Shown one piece after another: positions 54,282 to 64,000 of a stretch of DNA of 64,000 bases. The notes beneath the pieces were generated by a model. It saw only the letters and a program-made list of their open reading frames with translations. It did not search any database and was not told where the DNA came from. Position numbers and translations under genes: made by a program. Position 1 is the stretch's first letter, and each line of letters opens with the position of its first letter. The stretch is from assembly GCA_964016885.1 (NCBI GenBank), contig OZ024751.1, positions 46,128,001 through 46,192,000 on the forward strand, in the 5' to 3' direction. Source of the DNA: Eledone cirrhosa (lineage: Eukaryota).

Positions 54282-56958
54282 CATCATCATCATCATCATC
54301 AACGTTTAACGTCCGTGTTCCACGCTTGCATGGGTTTGGACGGGGGTAGTCCCACTTGAGGCAAGAGTGATTGTCTTGCTCGCATAGGACTGTCTGGCAG
54401 GTTTTCTACAGTTGGATGCCCTTCCTAACACCAACCACATTTACAGTGTGGGTCTGGGAGGTTTTTACCGTGTTGCCTACACGGCCACATTACAGCGTGG
54501 ACTGTGTGTTTTTTTGTCGTGACACCTACACGATCTCATTTGTTTCGGCCTCGATGGCGCGGCACCAACATAACTTTACATAGAACGGGGTGGTGTGGAT
54601 GGGGTGGGGGCGGGGGTGGTGGGACGGGGTGTATTTTGTTAGAGATGCCTACTGGCTGGAGTAGGTTTTACTATATATTTAGGTAAGGCGGGTCTTCTCT
54701 GTTACTGAGTACCGCCAAAGGTCTCGGTCCAGTGACATTGTCTTGGAGAGGTGTAAGTGTGTGATGTCGGAGTTTATCAGCTCGTCCCAGGTTTTCCTAG
54801 GTCTGCCTATTCCGTGACTACCGTCTATCTTTATTGCCCTGCACTTTGTTATACAGCTATCGACTTTCATGCGCATCACGTGTCCATACCAACGTAGCCT
54901 TCTCTCGAGTAAACAACATCTGATCCCTCTTATCTCTAATTTTTTCCTTAGTTCGTTTATGCTTTGCCGTTCACGTATATTACTGTTACACATCCAGCGG
55001 AGCATGCAAGCTTCGTTCCTCTCTAGTCTGCGTATATCCTCTGCACACAATGCCCAGGTCTCACTGCCGTGCAGCATTGCTGTTCGTATGCAGGCATCGT
55101 ACAACCTGCCTTTCATTTTTAGTGAGAACCCTTTAGCAGCTAATAGTGGTATAAGCTCTCTGAACTTTTTCCAACCAGTTCTGACTCTAGCTACAGTACT
55201 TTCAGAGCACCCTCCCCCACTGCTGATTTTATCGCCCAGGTAACGGAAGCTGTCCACTATTTCTATAGAACCCTCTGCGCAATTGAAAGAGCTAGTAGTT
55301 TGTGGGCACTTGCTGCTACTTATTGCACCAGAGCACCGGCCACATGTAAAATCTATGTTCTTAGTTAGCTTACCTGTGATCCCACTACATCTTTTATGCA
55401 CCCATACTTTGCATTTAGGACATAAAATGGAGTTTCTACCTACGCCTTTCCTACACACCGAGCACGACCATTTCCCAGAAGGGACCGCCGCCTTGTTTTC
55501 TTTCCTACAAACTAGTACTTTGGTCTTAGCCAGGTTAATTTTAAGTCCTTTTGACTCTAGGCCGTGCTTCCATGTTTGGAATTTCTTCTCTAGCTCGGCC
55601 ATTGATTCCGCTATGAGTGTCAGGTCGTCTGCGTATAGGAGTTCCCATGGGCAGCCTGTCTTGAACTCCTCTGTTATAGCCTGAAGGGCAATAATAAATA
55701 GTAGTGGGCTGAGAACAGAGCCCTGATGGACGCCAACTTTTACGCTAAACTCTTCACTATATTCGTTGTTAATTCTAACCTTGCTGACTGTTTCTTTATA
55801 CATGGCTTGTATAGCCCTCACAAGCCATTCGTCAACGCCTAGTTTTCTAAGAGCCCACCAGATAATGGAGCGGGGGACTCTGTCGAAGGCTTTCTCCAAG
55901 TCGACAAAAGCTAAGTAGAGGGGTTTACCTTTAGCTAGGTACTTCTCCTGTAGTTGTCGTACTATGAAAAGAGCGTCTGTGGTACTTTTGCCTGACACAA
56001 ACCCGAACTGCATTTCATCTAGGTCAATTCTCTCTCTGATTAGTTGCGCTATTACTTTTTCCGTGACCTTCATGACCTGGTCGATTAATTTAATGCCTCT
56101 ATAGTTACTCCTATCTAGGGCATCTCCTTTACCCTTATAACAGTTAACGATGATGCTGCTATGCCAGTCCTTCGGAACAACCCCATTCTGTACGACTTGG
56201 TTAACTATGCGGGTGACCATGGTGTGTCCCACCGTGCCAGATGCCTTCAGCATCTCAGCAACTATTTCCGAAGGCCCAGCCGCCTTACCCGTCTTCATAT
56301 CCTTGATTGCCTTACTTATTATACTCCCCTCGACTAACACTGCTGGTCCCTCTATTGGGTCGATATGGGGGAGACTGCCTTTCTCCCAATTATTCTCCTC
56401 ATTTAGTAGCCTTTCATAGTGACACTTCCAAGCTACCTTCTTATCAGCGTCGGTGATGGCAAGTGTGCCATCGTCGTTTAGTACACACTTCTCCCCGACA
56501 ATATCACGGTTTTCCTTGACTCATTGCCTAGCAATCCTGAACACCTCACGTTTTTGGTCATCGCGTTGTAGAACATGCTTGAACTTTCTTTCCTCAGCTT
56601 CCCTTCTTGCTAAGTACACTTGTCTCCTAGCATCCCTCCTGGCCACTTGATAGTCCTCTCTACTTCCCCCATCCCGCCATACTTTCCAAGCCTGCTTTTT
56701 GGCCTTAATTGACCCCTCCACCTTACTGTTCCACCACCATGTTACTCTCCTCCTGCCTACAGGCCTGCTCCAGCCACAGACTTCGTCTGTCGCCAACAGC
56801 AGGTTTGCTTTCAGAAATTCCCACTCTCCCTCTATATTGTCCGACTCTAAATGTTCTTCCTTACTGTCGAAAGCATCAAGTAATATGTTTTGAAATTTAT
56901 TCCTGGCTGTGGGGTCCTTTAGCTTCCATATTTTCCTCCTGAGGATAGTCCTCTTCTG
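54282..56958 (-). mobile_element. 5'-truncated RTE-clade LINE with PHD-like Cys cluster and (ATG)n tail
   Basis: ORF 54679-56340: NYRGIKL, QFGF, DLEKAFDRVP, GVHQGS, LLYADD, CSVC..CPKC..HKRC..CGRC, RRLRWYGHV; one in-frame TGA at 56521; 20-bp duplication 54261-54280 / 56971-56990. Confidence 0.95.
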
Positions 56959-57004
56959 TATATATATATATATATATTATATATCTATATATCTATATTA
57001 TATA

Positions 57005-57048
<44 letters not shown>

Positions 57049-58710
57049 ATAATAATAATAATAATAATGAAATTATTGTGTAAAGTGCTCAGGTGCACTA
57101 CAACTCGTCAAAGGTGTATGTATAGTACATAGAATAATACACAAATGTCAGGGAAGTACATGTGTGTATGTGTTAGCTGTAGTGTTGGCGGATCTCGGGA
57201 AGCATGGAGGCCTTAAAGGATGCAGTGTCTCGACAGCTAACAACTGATGCAGGTAGTTTGTTCCATGCTTCAGCAACTCTGAGCGTGAAAAAATGTTTCC
57301 GAAAGTAATGGGAACTGTGCTGTTTATTTACTTTGTGGGCATGTCCACGTGTGTTAGACACATGGAAATCAAAAAGGTACTCAGGGTTGTTGTTGGCAAC
57401 ATGGTTAACAATTTTGTGGGTGTTTACCAAGTCAGTTGCCAGGCGTTGGAGCTTCAATGTATCCATGCCCAGGGAAGCAAGGCGCTCAGAGTATGGTAGA
57501 TACCCGATGGAGGGTATTCGCTTGGTTGCACGTCTCTGAACAGTTTCCAGGTGGTCAATGTTCTGAGCAAGATAGGGGTTCCAGACTGGTGATGCAAATT
57601 CTAAGTGTGGTCGCACCATAGCCATGTACAGCCTTAAATAGATATCTGGAGAGTGGCTGACAAAGGTCTTGCTGAGTGATGCCAAGACACCCTCGGCCCT
57701 CTTGACAATTTTAGAGATGTGCTTTGTCCAACGCAAATCGCTGCTGACCGTAATGCCCAGGTCACGTTCACAAGAAGACTTCTTGATATTAGTGCTGTGG
57801 CGGGAGTATGTGGACGCTGGGTTTTTACTCCCAAACTCCATGGTGGTGCACTTGTCCACAGCTAGCTTGAGTTGCCAGTTTGAGATCCATTGTTGCATTG
57901 TGTCCAGGTCAGACTGCAAGCAAGATCTATAGTGTTCAGGATCTGTCCTTCTTATCTCAAGGTACAGCTTGATGTTGTCTGCGTACTTTAGTACTGTGGC
58001 ATTCTTTAAGTTGGCATCTATGTCATTAATATATGCCACAAACAAAAGGGGGCCAAGAACAGATCCCTGTGGTACACCAGATGACATCTCATATGGTGAG
58101 GAATGCTGTCCCAGAACCGTGACTACCTCTCTTCGACTGAGAATGAAGGACTTCAACCAGTTAAAAAGATCATCCTTCACACCCATTACAGAGAGTTTTG
58201 CCATAAGCCTTTTGTGTGGCACAGAATTGCAGGCTTTTGCAAAGTCAAGGTAAACAACATCCACCCATGAGCCGCCATCAGTGATCCGGGTGATGTCCTC
58301 AAGAAACTCTATAAGTTGATCACAGCAGCTGGAGTTGGGGATAAATCCAAATTGCGAGGGCCGAATAAGACTGTGAGAGCTCCAGAAGTTCCAAAGTGTT
58401 TCTCTAACACAGGATTCCATCAGTTTGGCGATGCAACTAGTAAGACTGACTGGACGATAGTTCACAGGTGATGTGCGGTCACCCTTTTTGAACAGAGGAA
58501 TGACACTGGCATTTTTCCACTGTTCTGGAGTAGCACTGTTGTTCAGACAGAATTGGAAGAAGCGTGATAACTGGTGCAGAAGGAAGTACCCACCACGTTT
58601 AAGAAGCAGGTACGTAACACCATCAAGACCAGGAGAGGCATGGTTGCGTTTATTTTTTAGGTGACGTCGCAGCATTGCAGGTGTAAATTCCATGCCGAAC
58701 CATCTCTGAC
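57049..58710 (-). mobile_element. 5'-truncated CR1-group LINE (RT), catalytic YADD changed to YADN; (ATT)n tail
   Basis: ORF 57173-58693: NYRPVSLTS, QFGF, YLDFAKA, SGVPQGSVLGP, VRPHLEFASPVWNP, TRGH, FFTLRV..WNKLP. Confidence 0.93.
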
Positions 58711-58776
58711 TATTATATATAATATATATATATTGGAAAATGTATGAAATCCTTGGTACAGTTAAGTATATTTTTA

Positions 58777-58924
58777 AAAAAGGAAAAGAATGACTTCAGT
58801 TGTAGTTCTAAACAATTTGATTTAATTTTATAATACTATGATTTGGTAGATCTACCAAATGATAATATAAAATTAAATCAAATTGTTTAGAACTACAAGT
58901 GAAGTCATTATTTTTCCCTTTTTT
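58777..58924. repeat. Spacer-less imperfect palindrome centred on AGATCT (~58851)
   Basis: aatgacttca.ttgtagttctaaacaatttgatttaatttta / taaaattaaatcaaattgtttagaactacaa.tgaagtcatt. Confidence 0.88.
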
Positions 58925-59192
58925 ATATATATATTTTTTTCTAACTTTGATTTTGTACCTAATTATGTATGGTTAACTGTAGTCAATTTCTACAGGCTAT
59001 CAGAAATACTAGGTAAATTTTCTGTGGCTGTGAATCGCGGATAAAAAGCTATCATTTATTTATCTATTATTTCTTCATAGGTATATTTTAAACTTATAGC
59101 CTCGTTTAAATGATTTTTTGTATGGTTGATTATGCTGATTGGGAGAAGAAATACTGTAAATATTTTATCTAATGATTCTATGGACTTACTTT

Positions 59193-59234
<42 letters not shown>

Positions 59235-59237
<3 letters not shown>

Positions 59238-59430
59238 CAAAGGAATTGTGGTAAGGAACCAGATGGACCATAACGCACCAGAGTACTCAATACTTAGGGT
59301 AGTAGAGTGGGAAATAGGAAAAAGTATGACCCCGACGGCAGAGCTCAAGCTGTTTCGACGGCTACTTCGGGTCCAGAAATAGCTGTCGAAACAGCTTGAG
59401 CTCTGCCGTCGGGGTCATACTTTTTCCTAT
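59235..59430 (-). mobile_element. Family-A hairpin element (arms 59314-59430) in (TA)n
   Basis: Inverted homolog of 10347-10536. Confidence 0.8.
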
Positions 59431-59689
59431 ATATATATTTATATAACATCATCATCCAGTTTTTGAGTATGCAGGACACAATTCATCCCTAAGTAAGAGT
59501 GGGACCTGCCTGACTGCTCCTTAGCACCCCACTTCATATGTTTCTGTCCACTGGTCTCACTTGGGCCAGGCCAAGCCTAGCTTGATCCCAACAGACATCC
59601 TCCATCCAAGTCCTTTTTGGTCTTCCTGGGCCTCTACTGCCTCCTGGATCAATATTCATCAGTTTGCTGGTCCAGCCTTATATATATAT

Positions 59690-60410
59690 ACAATGTCACT
59701 GGACCGAGATCTTTGGCGCTACGTAGTAATACAGAAGACCCGCCTTGCATAAGTACAAAGCGAAACCTACAGTCAGTAGGCACCTCTTAACCAAAATACA
59801 CCCCCGTCCCACTAACCCTACCCCACCGCCATCGACACCACCCCTTTCGATGTAAAGCTATGTTGGTACCACAACATCCAGTCCTAAATAAATGAGGTTG
59901 TGTAGGTGTCACGACAAAAAAACACACAGTCCACGCTGTAATGTGGCCGTGTAGGTAACACGGTAAAAACCTCCCAGTCCACACTGTAAATGTGGTTGGT
60001 GTTAGGAAGGGCATCCAGCCGTAGAAAACCCGCAAGACAACCAATCTTGCCTCCAGACCCATGCTAGCGTGGAAAATTGACGTTAAACGATGATGATGAT
60101 GATGATATATATATATATATATATATGTGTGTATATATATATCATCATCATCATCGTTTAACGTCTATCTTCCACGCTAGCATGGGTTTAGACGGGAATT
60201 GTCCCACTTGAGGCAAGATTGGTCGTCTCGCTCATATGGGACTGTCTAGCAGGTTTTCTATGGCTGGATGCCCTTCCTAACACCAACCACGTTTACAGTG
60301 TGGACTGGGAGGTTTTTACCGTGTTACCTACACGACCACATTACAGCGTGGACTGTGTGTTTATTGTCGTGACACTACACAACCTCATTTATTTAGGACT
60401 GGGTGTTGTG
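59690..60410. mobile_element. Two tail-to-tail 3' fragments of the 54282 RTE family (59690-60105 +, 60142-60410 -)
   Basis: MSLDRDLWRY..KTRL end; ggatgcccttcctaacaccaaccac 3' UTR; (GAT)n/(CAT)n tails. Confidence 0.85.
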
Positions 60411-60608
60411 TATATATATATATATATTTATTAAAATAACAGATTAAAGTTTAAGCAAAGAATTGCTGCTTTCACCCTTAACGGGATCTTCTGAAACTAA
60501 AAAAAATCAATCTGTGAACGCAGAAGTAAATATTTCAAAAAACGTTGCAACCGAAGGCAAACATAATTATTATTATTATTAATATATACATCCCTAAGCG
60601 GATGTAAA

Positions 60609-60642
<34 letters not shown>

Positions 60643-60812
60643 CACATATATATATATATGTGTGTACATATAGAGTCTGTGAGGCTGAGACTGAAGAGAC
60701 CCCCAATCATGGGAATACTCAATGCATTGGTTATGGTCAAAACTGGTGCCGCAGTCTAGATTATAACTATCTATCTGCTATATATATATATATCTATATA
60801 TATATATATCTA

Positions 60813-60935
60813 TACAAGGGCTGGCCAAGATACTCTCATGAAATGACCAAATGAGGTTTTTTTCAATATAGTCTCTTAAAAGAAACAAAGCAGTTATTAA
60901 TAAGAAGCCTATGAAGTTTTCAGCCCACCCTCGTA
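60813..60935. mobile_element. Mariner-derived MITE
   Basis: TA-flanked TIRs tacaagggctggcc / cagcccaccctcgta; both halves resemble the mariner 3' end at ~29380-29461. Confidence 0.65.
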
Positions 60936-62169
60936 TATATATATATATGGGACTGTATTTCTTTCTCTCTGTGCAATCCCCATGTATATATATCCTGTTT
61001 GTGAGTGTATATATATTTGTAGTTACAGTTTGGTGTGTATATATTTATATTTATCAATTGTGGATGCGCCTGTTTATTTTTCATTTCCCTATATCTCTCC
61101 CTTTTTCTCATTCTCTCTCTCTCATTCTATCCCTTTCCTTCCACTTCACCAATTAATCACATCACTGGGTTTACTTTGATAGTAATGTGTGTGTATGTGG
61201 GGGTAGTGTTGACTAATGTGGCCTATTGTTTTCTTGTTATTGATCTTCCTTCTATCCACAACCTCCCACCCACCCACATACCAATCCTACAACACTGCCC
61301 CAGCATCATCAACACTTACAACCCCCACCATCACTACTACAACCACTACCATTACTACCTCACCACCACCACCATTGTTATTATTACCCCTCCCCACTTT
61401 GATTTTCACTACCCCCAACATCACTATCACAATCACCACCACCACCACCATCACCATCACCAGTGAACTATTAAGGTTAGCCCACAATCCATCAAAACTC
61501 TTGCCACCACATCCACACCTTCACAAATACTCTTTCTTCACACCTCTGTCACAACCACCACCACTGCCATCATTTTTTTAGGCTTGCATGTAGCTTCCTC
61601 TTTTCTGTACTACCACCACCACCACCACCACCTCCTCCTCCTCCTTAAACATTTATACTGGCCACCACAATCACCACCAACTCAACTTCCATCACCACAG
61701 CCGCCACTTCCACCACCACCACAACGTCCATCACTACCATTACCTCCATATTTTGTCAATAAGGGAAATAGTAGAATCTTTTCCAATCCAGGATATACTT
61801 ACAAATGAAAGGAAAGAGTGTATACACATTTAGTTATGGTTGTGTATATATTGATCGTAACTTTGACTAAATAAAATAGTCTAATAACGACAGGGTGTAT
61901 AACCCCACTGAATGGTAAAAATGGACATCAGCACACACGGTAGTTTATACACCCAAACAGTTTATATAAATATATATATATACACACATGCACTAGGCCC
62001 CCACCCAGTTTCTGTCTGTAAAAATTCACTCACAAAACATTGGACAATCCAAGGCTGTAGTAGAAGACCCTTGCTGCCTAATTTGGCCAAGATGTCACAC
62101 TGTAGAACTAAATGTGAAACCAAGTGGTTATGAAGCAAACCCTTTAACCACACAACCATACATATAACT

Positions 62170-63546
62170 CCTTATATATATATAACCAATCTACCCTCAC
62201 AATTCTTTCGATTAGTTAAAAACATTTTCCAACATCACATAAATATAATAAAATCTTAAACCCTAACACTATTCGACTTTCATATTCAACCGCCCCTAAT
62301 ATTGAACAACATATAAAAAAGCTTAACGCAAAACGGTTGTATAAACGCCTTCCAACACATAACAATACACGTAAAACATTAGCTATAACATCACAAAACA
62401 ACAAACAACATCCCGTCCTGCCTAAGCAACCTCATCAACCCATCCATGGTAATACAACAACGCATAATTATAACTGTAACTGTGTCCAACCAGGAATGTG
62501 TCCGTTGAACAATCAGTGTCTTGAACGCAACATCATATACAAATGTACTATCGAATCGGGTAGCCAGAAGTGGTACTATGTGGGGTCTACAGCTACCTCC
62601 TTCAAATCTCGCCTTTATAGACATCGTTACTCGATAAAACATGAAAACCAGTGTTATGTAACAACACTCGCAGACAAGGCTTGGCAGCTGCGCGAAAATA
62701 ACCAACAATTTAGCCTAAAATGGGATATAATAGCAGCTGCCCCTTCATATTTCGAAGGACAGGAATTTTGTAAATTGTGTAATATGGAAATATTTTGTAT
62801 TATGAAATCCAAAAATATTTTATTAAATAACAGAATAAAGCGATTGTTATACTGTAACCATCGCTTGAAATCTACATTTTCATATTACAAACGCTACCAG
62901 GATTGAATGCCTGTCTCCATCTCCAATTGATTGTCAAAATACATATTAACATTCTCTATTAATCTTAATTCTATCAACTCTTCTATTCTTTACCATTTAA
63001 TATAAACTGCTATAGATAAAATGAGATTTCTTAATTCAATTCCCTAATGCATATACCAGCAGGCTACCAGCATTGTTGTTATACAGTAACAGTGAAAATC
63101 TCTCTCTTCCTTACTGGACACTTTATATCTGTATTAATACTACTACACCAAATGACCAGCCTTGTCCATTGTTCAATTGGTCAAATATAGATTAAAATAG
63201 GCATTCCCCAAAATTCTTATTTAGATAAAATAAGCCATATACTCATTGTATTCTCATTAAAAACCTTCTATATACTTGTTTACCAGCAAATTGAATTGCC
63301 ATCTGTCATATACTATCCCTTCTCTTCTTCCTTTCTTACAACTAATATAAATACTTTAATTTTTCTGATTTTTTCCAATTTATCCAATATCTCTGAAGAA
63401 GTGACAACTGTTTATACATTTGCTATCGAATACTTGCTAACATTATATGATTACGCAAGCAGCGATACATAGGTATTCCGTCTGTTACAGAAACATATGT
63501 CAATACCTAATAAATTCCTTTATAAAAGCACTTTCATTTTATATTC

Positions 63547-63555
<9 letters not shown>
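62170..63555 (+). mobile_element. 5'-truncated Penelope-like element: RT thumb, C-terminal GIY-YIG endonuclease, 3' UTR with HHR-like motif
   Basis: Frameshifted KHFPTSH..LNPNTIRLSYSTAPN; ORF 62337-62906 with CNCVQPGMCPL..C, IIYKC..YYVGST, CKLC, LLN..CNH; CTGAAGA..GAAACATATGTC..AATAAA at 63393-63514; TA flanks. Confidence 0.85.
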
Positions 63556-63585
<30 letters not shown>

Positions 63586-63693
63586 CCATACCTGTATAAA
63601 TAACCTTTTAACAACACTGCCATGTCTGTATATATAACCCCTTAACCACAGGACCATGTCTGTATATATAATTGTTTCTTTTTCTTTTTACAG

Positions 63694-63779
63694 CACAGCA
63701 ACACCACCAGACACAGAATGTGCAGACAGATGCAATAATTGCACTTCTAAATGCAGTGATAATGACACACAAGAAACTG
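63694..63779 (+). CDS. Possible exon (gene assignment unknown)
   Basis: Strong polypyrimidine acceptor ttctttttctttttacag, open frames, GT donor at 63780; no recognisable homology. Confidence 0.3.
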
Positions 63780-64000
63780 GTAAAAAAAAAAAAAAAAAAC
63801 TTTCTTGACTTTTCTTTTTTTTTTCACTCTCTCACACTCTTCAAATCCAGCCACTAAAGATACGTTTGATCAGTTGGGTCATCTTGTTTTAATTGTGGCT
63901 GGTCAGTTGTGGGTTGACCAAGTCTGCTAATTATTGAAATATTTGCTGATGGTCATTTGAAGCATGTGGTTTTATAACTAGATACATCTTCCACCGTTTT

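Noticed and set aside
56521-56523. In-frame TGA as selenocysteine or readthrough
   Set aside because: A single stop in a 5'-truncated LINE copy; ordinary decay is simpler and I identified no SECIS

Overview
Eukaryotic, repeat-saturated DNA. The SINE types and microsatellite load suggest a coleoid cephalopod such as Octopus (inference). The one clear host gene is a + strand RFX4/6-family (RFX6-like) winged-helix transcription factor. I traced it by hand through 15 GT-AG, phase-consistent exons (17108-40593, 583 codons); its C-terminal exon(s) are unresolved. Nearly all ORFs in the track are microsatellite artefacts. The rest of the window holds Nin-domain tRNA SINEs, a second SINE family, two RTE LINEs, a CR1-type LINE, CRE- and R4-like remnants, a mariner remnant plus MITE, two inverted Helitron-like copies, a Penelope-like GIY-YIG element, three minisatellites and an ~8 kb (TA)n-rich tract containing a 200-N gap. 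The most striking unannotated signal is about 15 minimal hammerhead-ribozyme (HHR)-like motifs from many different short families. Almost all sit in (TA)n tracts, many lie inside long near-perfect palindromes (arms ~55-260 bp), and most fall within the RFX introns. They look like Penelope-type pseudo-LTR ends.
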